DNA of 64,000 nt from Kiritimatiellia bacterium (GTDB taxonomy: Bacteria > Verrucomicrobiota > Kiritimatiellia > RFP12 > UBA1067): positions 20,401-84,400 of the forward strand of contig JAFRDO010000010.1 of the NCBI GenBank assembly GCA_017403825.1. The letters are read 5' to 3'. A program made the translations under genes and the position numbers. Under the pieces are notes generated by a model. It was given only the letters and a program-made list of their open reading frames with translations. It made no database searches and was not told the DNA's origin. This document shows positions 8,861 to 16,465 of this stretch, one piece after another (the stretch's first letter is position 1; the number at the start of each line of letters is the position of its first letter).

Positions 8861-9754
8861 ATGAACGCAAAAATCATCCTTGCGGCTGGCGCCATGCTTG
8901 CCGCGGCTGCCGCCGTCGCGGCGCAGCATCCCGCCCCGCCGATCCCGCCGAACTGGGAGCCGATCCTCACGCGCCCCGGCGCACTCGCGAAAGGGAGCGG
9001 ACACCTTCAAGGCATGTGCGTCACGTCCAACGCGATCTACGGAACGCTCCACGACGGCATCTACAAGTTCGACTGGTATGGACGGATGATCATGCACGTC
9101 CGTGCGGACAAGCACACTGGCGACATCTGCTTCTGGAACGGCAAGCTTTACACGGCAGTCTGCGGAAAGCAGGAGACGCCAGGATTCCGCGGACGTATCG
9201 ACGTGTGGGACGAGAACCTCAAACGCGTCGGCTCCATGGAGTTCAAGCGTTCCGCCGACGGCATCACGTGTCTGGACGGCGTTCTGTATGTGGGGCTGGG
9301 GCCGGCGCGCAATCCGGAAAAGCCATTTCGCGGCAACTACTTCGGCAAGTTCGACGCCGAGACGCTTGAGCCGCTCTGCGAGCCATTTCTCGTGGATCAC
9401 GGCTATGACGTGACTGCCGGTGTGCAGAACATGGCGACGGACGGAGAGAAGCTGTACATCAACTTCTATACGCCTGAGGAGGAGTATCCGTGCTTCTTCG
9501 TGTTCGACAAGGACTTCAAGGTGCTTCAGTCTCATGTGTTCGGCTGGCGGCATGGAGTGGATCTCGTGGGCGGGGGCGAGCCAGGGGAGGTGCGCCTCAT
9601 CTACGCGCTTACGATAAACTGCTGGTCCAAGGCGAGCATGCTGCAGCTTGATCCGGCGCCGTCCCAGACACTTTTCCGATATGCGGAATTGAAAGACGGG
9701 AAGATTCGTGACATTACACGCTACATCAAGTTTCGCAACGAGATGAAGAGGTAG
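8861..9754 (+). CDS. Secreted protein of the uncharacterised 'HxQGMC' domain family (copy 1)
   Basis: It carries a signal peptide. The conserved blocks [56 protein letters not shown] and GVQNMATDGEK are shared with 55129..56052, 56197..57072 and an internal segment of 23246..28318. Confidence 0.6.
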   Translation: MNAKIILAAGAMLAAAAAVAAQHPAPPIPPNWEPILTRPGALAKGSGHLQGMCVTSNAIYGTLHDGIYKFDWYGRMIMHVRADKHTGDICFWNGKLYTAVCGKQETPGFRGRIDVWDENLKRVGSMEFKRSADGITCLDGVLYVGLGPARNPEKPFRGNYFGKFDAETLEPLCEPFLVDHGYDVTAGVQNMATDGEKLYINFYTPEEEYPCFFVFDKDFKVLQSHVFGWRHGVDLVGGGEPGEVRLIYALTINCWSKASMLQLDPAPSQTLFRYAELKDGKIRDITRYIKFRNEMKR

Positions 9755-9784
9755 CGGAGCGCACAAAAAAGGAGATCAGACAAG

Positions 9785-11332
9785 ATGAAACGGATGCTTG
9801 CGGCCTTCGGGCTTTGTGCGGTTGTTCTGAACGGGTCGGCTGCGGAGAACTTTGCCTTCGCGCCGTATGTGGAGCCGAATCCAGTGACGATGTCGGTCGA
9901 TTCCAATACGCTGGTGCGGCTCGACAGGAGCCAGACAGTGACGATTGCATGCGCGGACGGCCTGGAGCAGGCGGTGGAATGGGCTGAGGCGCGTTTCAGT
10001 GAATGGTTCCGTCTCACGAAGACGGGGTGGCTATTTCCATCTGTCAATGCGCCGCGCGTAGCGGCGGCGACGTTCGCTGGCGAACCGGTCGCGGGTGGCG
10101 ACGAGGCTTACGAGCTGGCGGCGCGTCCCGACGGGGTGTCGGTGCGGGCCAACACGCTTCAAGGCGTGCGCTATGCGCTCTACACGCTTCGTCAGACGAT
10201 TCTCGCCATGCCGCGTGACGTGCGCAAGGTCGAATGGTATGCGATGCCGGCACTGAAGGTGAAGGATGCACCGGCAATGAAGTTCAGGGGCATTCACCTT
10301 GGCTGGTACGTCAACCGCACCACGCCCGCAGAGATTGAGAAGAGGCTCCGTCTCGCTGCTTACCTCAAGTACAACTATGCGGTGATCGAACCTTGGGGCA
10401 CATTCCGTTCTGAGCGGCATCCGTGGTGGGGCTGGAAGGAGGGAACGATGACGCCCGACGTCACGCGGAGGCTCGTTAAGCTCGGCAAGGAGCTGGGCAT
10501 CACGCTCATTCCCCAGATCCCGGCCTTTGGCCACGCCTCGATGGGCATCACCTCCCCCGGACGCCACGCCATCTTGGACGCGCACGGGGAATATGCGCCG
10601 CTCTTCGAGTCGCTGAACGGCTGGAACTGGTGCATCTCCAATCCCGAGACGCTCAAGGTGCAGTTCGAGATCATCGACGAGCTGATGGAACTGTTCGACA
10701 ACCCGCCTTACTTCCACATCGGATGCGACGAGCCGGCAAAGCCGAACTGCCCGCGCTGCCTTGCCGCCGATTACCGTGCGCTGACGATCAAGCACATCAC
10801 GGCGCTCCATGACGGGCTGAAGGCGCGCGGTACAACGCCGATGCTCTGGCACGACATGTTCTTAAAGAAGCATGACCCGAAATGGCCGGGTTCCGTCGCC
10901 AACGGCACGGACGAATCGATCACGATCCTGGACGAACTGCCGCATGACATGGTGATCTGCGACTGGGTCTACGGACTGAAGTGCCCGGAGGGGAACTACG
11001 CGTCGCTCAAGTATTTCAAGGACAAGGGGTTTGAGGTCGTATCCTGTCCCTGCCACAAGGTCGACAACACGATGGTGCAGAGAGAATCAGTCCTCAAGCT
11101 CGGGCTGAAGGGAATGCTCGTAACCACATGGAGCTACGGGCAGGGCAAGGAGAAAGGCAAGGTGTTCGCCGATACGTTCGCTGGCGGCGCTGCGGCGGCG
11201 TGGGGATCGACCTATGAGGAAAGCCCGCTCTGGAAGTGGCATTATGATCTTGACCTGATCCGCAACCTGCGTGACGTGGTGCACGACATGAGTCTTGACG
11301 ATCACAATGCCACTGGCACATACATGGACTGA
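9785..11332 (+). CDS. Secreted GH20-like beta-N-acetylhexosaminidase-family hydrolase (paralog B)
   Basis: An AAGGAG RBS precedes a signal peptide. The gene is collinear with 2334..3896, sharing 'NYAVIEPWG', 'ITLIPQIPAFGHA', 'FHIGCDEPAKPNCPRC' and 'MLWHDM'. Confidence 0.6.
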   Translation: MKRMLAAFGLCAVVLNGSAAENFAFAPYVEPNPVTMSVDSNTLVRLDRSQTVTIACADGLEQAVEWAEARFSEWFRLTKTGWLFPSVNAPRVAAATFAGEPVAGGDEAYELAARPDGVSVRANTLQGVRYALYTLRQTILAMPRDVRKVEWYAMPALKVKDAPAMKFRGIHLGWYVNRTTPAEIEKRLRLAAYLKYNYAVIEPWGTFRSERHPWWGWKEGTMTPDVTRRLVKLGKELGITLIPQIPAFGHASMGITSPGRHAILDAHGEYAPLFESLNGWNWCISNPETLKVQFEIIDELMELFDNPPYFHIGCDEPAKPNCPRCLAADYRALTIKHITALHDGLKARGTTPMLWHDMFLKKHDPKWPGSVANGTDESITILDELPHDMVICDWVYGLKCPEGNYASLKYFKDKGFEVVSCPCHKVDNTMVQRESVLKLGLKGMLVTTWSYGQGKEKGKVFADTFAGGAAAAWGSTYEESPLWKWHYDLDLIRNLRDVVHDMSLDDHNATGTYMD

Positions 11333-12545
11333 CGTGTCAAAACCCCTGCTCATATCTGCAGTCGCCATGTCGTTGCCCTGCCTGGCGATCGGCGGGCATC
11401 TGACGTTTGACGAGCCTGCCCCCGGACGCGATTCGGGGCGCATATACTATTATGTCCCCGACGGGCTTGACCTTTCCCGCCCTGCGCCGCTGCTGGTGTT
11501 CCTTCACGGCGGCGGCATCGCGTCCACCGATTCCACGCCCGGCAGCTACTTCAGCGAAGAGCGGCGCGCCCTGATGCCGGATGTCACGAATGCACCGTTC
11601 ATCGTGGCGGCGCCGTCCGCACCGGTCACCGGCGACAGTTCCCGCTGGAACCATGCCGGGACATCTAAGCTCATCGATGCCACGATCGCCGCCGCCAGCC
11701 GGAAGTTCCGCATTGACCAAGACCGCATTTTCCTAGGCGGACATTCGATGGGTTGCTACGGGGCGTGCCATCTCGGGCAGATACTTGCCGACAGGTTCGC
11801 CGGCGTGTGGCTGAGTTCAGGCGCATGGTGGGAGGCGGACTTCCGGGCGTTCTGGGGAACGCCGGTCTATATTCAGCATGGCGCGCTTGACTGCTCGCCG
11901 CGTCCCGGCTATTCCGGCACGCACAAGAGACCTCGCCGCCACCACTGGTGCGGAGTGAGCTTTGCCAGGTGCGCACATGACCTGATGACCCGTCATGGCG
12001 TGGAGCATGTCTACGACGAACACTCGGAAGGCCATTCGCTCGCGTTCCCTGCGGCTAAGGCGGCCATGCGGCGGTTCTTTGCCTGGGCGAAAGACAAGCG
12101 ACGCAATCCATACGCGAAGAAGGTGGCTTTGGTCACGCCATGCGGCACGAAGCATCCTGATCTTGAGCAGGCCTCGAAGTCGCGTTGGCTAGAACTTGCG
12201 GAAAGGTCTGCCGGCGAGATCGAAGTCGATGGCATCGAGCTGTACGGGCCGCCAATCGCCAAGACGGATGACGATCTCACGCGTCAGACCTATTCGCCTG
12301 TCAGACGGCGGTGGAACGACGGCGCGCGCATCATCGCCGAGAATCTCGGCGGAAACCACTTCAAGGTCGAGACCGAGAATGTGAAGCAATTCCTCATCTA
12401 CCTCTCCCCGCAGATGGGCGATCTCTCCAGGCCGTTCACGGTTGATCTTGGTACGGACGGAATCCGCACGATAGTCGCAGAGCCGATTTCTCCCAATGGC
12501 GACTATTCCGCTCGTCTTTCGGTCGTGGTGAAGGAAGGTTCATGA
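11295..12545 (+). CDS. Alpha/beta-fold esterase (GHSMG nucleophile elbow)
   Basis: It has 'LLVFLHGGG' and the 'GGHSMGCYGA' GxSxG motif. The true start may be the internal ATG at 11367, which avoids overlap with the upstream gene. Confidence 0.6.
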   Translation: MTITMPLAHTWTDVSKPLLISAVAMSLPCLAIGGHLTFDEPAPGRDSGRIYYYVPDGLDLSRPAPLLVFLHGGGIASTDSTPGSYFSEERRALMPDVTNAPFIVAAPSAPVTGDSSRWNHAGTSKLIDATIAAASRKFRIDQDRIFLGGHSMGCYGACHLGQILADRFAGVWLSSGAWWEADFRAFWGTPVYIQHGALDCSPRPGYSGTHKRPRRHHWCGVSFARCAHDLMTRHGVEHVYDEHSEGHSLAFPAAKAAMRRFFAWAKDKRRNPYAKKVALVTPCGTKHPDLEQASKSRWLELAERSAGEIEVDGIELYGPPIAKTDDDLTRQTYSPVRRRWNDGARIIAENLGGNHFKVETENVKQFLIYLSPQMGDLSRPFTVDLGTDGIRTIVAEPISPNGDYSARLSVVVKEGS

Positions 12546-13645
12546 ACTCCGGCAGGCTGCGATCGCTCGATGCCCTGCGGGGGTTTGACATGATCTGGAT
12601 TCTCGGTCTGGAGCAGGTCATGCGCGGCTTCTGCAAACTGTTCCCTGGCGGATCGGACTGGTGGTTCGAGCACCAGTTCCATCATGTGGAATGGGAGGGG
12701 CTGGCGTTCTACGACACTATCTTTCCACTGTTCGTGTTCATTGCCGGCGTGAGCTTTCCGTTCTCCTACGCGAAGCAGGTGGAGCGCGGGGATTCGCCTC
12801 TGCGCATCCATGCGCGGATATTCCGCCGCGCGTCGGCCCTGATTCTGCTCGGCATGGTGTATAACGGAATCCTCGCCTTCAACTTCACGGACTTCCGCTA
12901 TGCGAGCGTGTTGGGCAAGATCGGCATCGCCTGGATGGTGGCCGCGCTGTGGTATGTCCATTTCGGGGTTAACGCCAGGCTTGCGATATGCGGCGCAACG
13001 CTCGTGGGCTACTGGGCGCTTCTGCAGCTGACTGCGCCTGACGCACCGGCTGGCTTTGGGCCGTTCACGCCAGAGGGGTGCTTCCCTGGCTATCTTGACA
13101 GGTTGGGCTTCACGCCCGGCCAGTTCTACATCCCCGGACTGCTGGAACCGTCCGGAATACCCGTATCGCTCTTCGGTTCGGCCACTGCCATGATGGGCAT
13201 GTTCGCGGGCGACCTTCTGCGCTCGGGACGCGACTCTCTCACGGCTGAGCGCAAGGTTCTGTATCTTGCGCTTTCCGGGCTGGCGGTGGGGCTTGCCGGA
13301 TGGGGCGTCTCGTTCAGCTGTCCGATCATAAAGAAGCTCTGGACGCCAAGCTTCATGCTTGTGGTAGGCGGATATTCGTTCATGATTCTGGCGCTGTTCT
13401 ACTGGATCATTGACGTGCTGCATCATGACCGCTGGTGCTTTTTCCTGCAGGTTGTCGGAGTGAACTCGATAACGATCTACATGCTTAGGCGCATTGTAGG
13501 CTACCGGCAGATTTCGCAGTTCCTGTTTGGCGGCGTGGCGTCATGGTTCCCGAGCCCGGAGCTTGTCGAGTCCGCGGGAATCGTGCTGCTATGCTGGTTG
13601 ACTTGCTGGTTTCTTGACCGGCATCGGGTATATCTGAAAGTATAA
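12542..13645 (+). CDS. Polytopic membrane protein of the HGSNAT-like acyltransferase family (heparan-alpha-glucosaminide N-acetyltransferase-like, DUF1624/DUF5009 type)
   Basis: The ATGA start overlaps the preceding stop. The N-terminus 'RLRSLDALRGFDMIWILG' is characteristic of this family, and multiple TM helices are present. Confidence 0.55.
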   Translation: MNSGRLRSLDALRGFDMIWILGLEQVMRGFCKLFPGGSDWWFEHQFHHVEWEGLAFYDTIFPLFVFIAGVSFPFSYAKQVERGDSPLRIHARIFRRASALILLGMVYNGILAFNFTDFRYASVLGKIGIAWMVAALWYVHFGVNARLAICGATLVGYWALLQLTAPDAPAGFGPFTPEGCFPGYLDRLGFTPGQFYIPGLLEPSGIPVSLFGSATAMMGMFAGDLLRSGRDSLTAERKVLYLALSGLAVGLAGWGVSFSCPIIKKLWTPSFMLVVGGYSFMILALFYWIIDVLHHDRWCFFLQVVGVNSITIYMLRRIVGYRQISQFLFGGVASWFPSPELVESAGIVLLCWLTCWFLDRHRVYLKV

Positions 13646-13658
13646 GAAAGGTAACGAC

Positions 13659-14657
13659 ATGCGTTGCACAAAAATGATTTTCTCTTTGGCTTCCTTCGCG
13701 GCGGTTTGCCTTGTCGCAGCTGGGGATTCGGGCGTGGGACCGGCGTTCAAGTTGTTTCAGGTGCCCGGAATGCCCGCGCCGGTCTACTATTTCGCGCCTC
13801 ACCGCATTGAGGACGGAAGCAGATGCGAGACGGCCGCCATCCTGATTCACGGCTGGGGCGGAGGATTAAGGCTTACCGGAGACGTGGAACCGTTCGCGGC
13901 GGCGCTCGCCAAGGCCGTCGGCCCGTCGAATACGGCTCCGTATGTCGTATCACCGCTTTTCCCGCGAAGGAGAATCCTTGTCAAGAATGGCATAAAGGAT
14001 GACGGGAGGGCCGTATGGAACGATTCCTGGGGACGGGACTTATCCAAGCATGGCAAGCCAGACGACGATTGGCGCGGCGGAGGCGATGCCGCGGGCGTGA
14101 AGCTCAGTTCGTTCGATGTGGTAGATGCGATTCTTCTGGCCCTTGGCGACAAGGAACGGTATCCCGCCCTTAAACGCGTGATCGTTACCGGGTTCTCCGC
14201 CGGCGGACAGTTCGTTGGCAGGTATGTCGCCGTCGGCAAGGGGTTCGTGCGCGATGGCGTGGAGGTGCGATATGCCGCAATGGCCCCATCGACCGAGTTG
14301 CGGCTTGATGACGATGTGATATGGCACTATGGCATTATGGGGCGTCCGCGCTATTCGGCGCAAATGACGCGCGACCAGATGCTGAACAACCTTTCCCGCC
14401 GCCGCGTGTGGCGTGCATGCGGAACGGAAGACGTACTCGGCAAGGCCCTTGATGTCTGTCCGGAAGCAATGAGACAGGGGGAGAACCGCTATGCGCGTTT
14501 CCGCAATCTCGAGAAGTATCTGAAGCAATTCCCGGAGTGGTCGAAGCAGGTTTCGTTCCATGCCATCGAAGGCATCGGACACGAATCCAAAGTGGCCCAT
14601 ACCGAGAAGGTCTTCATCGACTACGCCCTTGGAAACGATGCGGTGGACAGACAATAA
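13659..14657 (+). CDS. Secreted alpha/beta hydrolase (GFSAGG serine motif)
   Basis: It has a signal peptide, a 'HGWGGG' oxyanion-like block and a 'TGFSAGGQ' GxSxG motif. Confidence 0.6.
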   Translation: MRCTKMIFSLASFAAVCLVAAGDSGVGPAFKLFQVPGMPAPVYYFAPHRIEDGSRCETAAILIHGWGGGLRLTGDVEPFAAALAKAVGPSNTAPYVVSPLFPRRRILVKNGIKDDGRAVWNDSWGRDLSKHGKPDDDWRGGGDAAGVKLSSFDVVDAILLALGDKERYPALKRVIVTGFSAGGQFVGRYVAVGKGFVRDGVEVRYAAMAPSTELRLDDDVIWHYGIMGRPRYSAQMTRDQMLNNLSRRRVWRACGTEDVLGKALDVCPEAMRQGENRYARFRNLEKYLKQFPEWSKQVSFHAIEGIGHESKVAHTEKVFIDYALGNDAVDRQ

Positions 14658-14697
14658 CTGACGCCGAGTCCGCCATGACGCAGGCCTTGCGCAGGCC

Positions 14698-15918
14698 TCA
14701 CGACTCCCCTTTCGTCCGTCTGCCGCGTTGCGCACAACGGTTCTTCCTCCGCCAGGCTTCTGGAGGCATCCCCTTTTCTTCGGAGAACGAGCGCGAGAAG
14801 TATTCCTGAGAAGCAAACCCGCATTTCTCGGCGATGCGCATGACGGGCAGTTCGCTCTTGAGCAGAAGCTGGCACGCCGCTTCAAGGCGCGAGGCGGCGA
14901 TCGTCTGCTGAACCGTCCGATTCAACACCTTGCGGAAGGCTGCGTCCACGGCTGTGTGGGAGCGGTTCAAGTATGCATAGACCTCAAACGCGGACAAGCG
15001 GTCCGCCACATGGTTCTTTATGAAGATGAGAGCATCGGACAGCCACGGCGGATCGATGGGATAGACGTTAGTGGACGCCCGTTCGACGATGCCCTTGGGA
15101 TCGACCTGCCTCACGATCTGCCTTTTGGCGACTGCGGGGTTGTTGATGACCTCCATTAGCGTGCGAATGGCCTCGCGGCCGATCTCGACGGTGTCCGGAT
15201 CAATGCTGGAGATGGTCGGCTTGGAGAATCCGCACACGATCACGTCGTTGTCCAGTCCGAGGATCGCCACCTCGTGCGGAACGTCAATCCCGCAGTCAAG
15301 ACACACGTGGAGCAGCTGCCATGCCCGCAGGTCGTTCGGGCAGAAGACGGCGATCGGCTTCGGCAGCTTCTTCACCCAGCGGGTCAGGGCCTTTGCGTCA
15401 GGCGCGCGGTTCAGGCGCTCGTTGATGAGCACCGACGAATCGAAGTCGTACCGCACCTGCACCGGCGGCTCGTAGCAGTGGCATCTGTGGCCTTCTGCGG
15501 ACAACGCACGGCAGAACGCCTGTCTGCTGTAGTCTGAAAACCTGCCGCCCGAGAATCCACAGAAACCGAAGGTGGAAAACCTCCTATCGATGAAATGCCC
15601 TGCAGCCAGGCTCCCAAGCTTGGCATGATTTGTCTTTACGACGGCAAAACCCGGTCTAGGCTTTTCGTAATAGACGTCAACCACCGGCTTCCCGCTCGCG
15701 GCAAGACGCTTTGCGATAGTGTCGTTCATCACGCGGGCGATGAAGCCGTCGAACTTCGAGAGAACGGACGGTTCCTTAAGGGACTTTGGATCGACGAAGA
15801 ACGGCGCAAGCCTTTCATGCTCCTGCGCATAGGCGGTGATGCCGGCGCACAGGTCGCGCCCAAAGGCACGCGTCAGCTCGACAAGAACCCCGATCTTTGT
15901 CTCTGAAACCGGCTTCAT
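14698..15918 (-). CDS. AraC/XylR-type transcriptional regulator with a periplasmic-binding-protein-like sugar-sensor domain and a C-terminal AraC HTH
   Basis: An N-terminal LacI/PBP-like fold ('IGVLVE...', 'DGFIA') is followed by the C-terminal AraC signature ('LSDALIFIKNHVADRLSAFEV...SQEYFSRSF'). The start is ATG at 15916-15918. Confidence 0.8.
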   Translation of the reverse strand: MKPVSETKIGVLVELTRAFGRDLCAGITAYAQEHERLAPFFVDPKSLKEPSVLSKFDGFIARVMNDTIAKRLAASGKPVVDVYYEKPRPGFAVVKTNHAKLGSLAAGHFIDRRFSTFGFCGFSGGRFSDYSRQAFCRALSAEGHRCHCYEPPVQVRYDFDSSVLINERLNRAPDAKALTRWVKKLPKPIAVFCPNDLRAWQLLHVCLDCGIDVPHEVAILGLDNDVIVCGFSKPTISSIDPDTVEIGREAIRTLMEVINNPAVAKRQIVRQVDPKGIVERASTNVYPIDPPWLSDALIFIKNHVADRLSAFEVYAYLNRSHTAVDAAFRKVLNRTVQQTIAASRLEAACQLLLKSELPVMRIAEKCGFASQEYFSRSFSEEKGMPPEAWRRKNRCAQRGRRTKGES

Positions 15919-15949
15919 GCCGGTTAGTATATCACAGGATCGGCTTGCC

Positions 15950-16014
15950 TTGCAATAATTACAACCTATGTTGCAAAGTTTACATTTTGCAACGACGACG
16001 CGGTTTGATATACT
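15950..16014 (+). promoter_or_regulatory. Putative sigma70-type promoter and TTGCAA direct-repeat operator array upstream of the ASRT-like gene
   Basis: Three TTGCAA hexamers lie at 15950, 15971 and 15987. The last can serve as a -35 element, with a 16-nt spacer to TATACT at 16009-16014. The ATG is at 16056. Confidence 0.35.
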
Positions 16015-16055
16015 GCCTGTGTATCGCGGACAAGCCAGACACGGAGGGTGAAACT

Positions 16056-16415
16056 ATGGAGATAGGAAAGAAAACATGGGTCTTTTCGGACGGCGACCTG
16101 CCGCCACCAGGAGACACCGAGCCTTTCGGGCACGAGGCCCTTATGGTCGTGAACAACGGCGAGAGAGAGGCCACCATCAAGGTGACAATCCTATTCGACG
16201 ACAAGGACCCCAAGGAAGGCATCACGTTGCACGTGCCGCCGCGCCGCGTGAACTGCTTCCGCATGGACATGCCGCTCGGCGACGAGAAGTTCCAGCTCGG
16301 GCCCGGCCAGACCGCAACGATTCTCGAATCGGACATTCCGATCGTGGCCGTGTACGGGCGGCTCGACCGCCGTAAGGACATAGCCTACTATCCTGTCCAG
16401 GGCTACTCCTGCTAA
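16056..16415 (+). CDS. Sensory-rhodopsin-transducer-like (ASRT family) small soluble protein
   Basis: A GGAGGGTG RBS precedes the ATG at 16056. The 119-aa product is collinear with my recollection of ASRT/TM1070-type proteins ('W....G.LPPPG..EP...HE...V.N.GE.EA...VTI.FDDK.P..G..L.VP.RR' and 'S.IPIV...RLD'). The annotated track ORF starts earlier at 15897, but that N-terminus lacks an RBS. Confidence 0.55.
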   Translation: MEIGKKTWVFSDGDLPPPGDTEPFGHEALMVVNNGEREATIKVTILFDDKDPKEGITLHVPPRRVNCFRMDMPLGDEKFQLGPGQTATILESDIPIVAVYGRLDRRKDIAYYPVQGYSC

Positions 16416-16465
16416 CCACCCGCTACACGCTAACCACTATCCACTAATCACAACCGGTAAAACTC

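Noticed and set aside
14040-14885. 281-aa minus-strand ORF overlapping the 3' ends of the esterase and AraC genes
   Set aside because: It overlaps two better-supported convergent genes in different frames and has no motifs.
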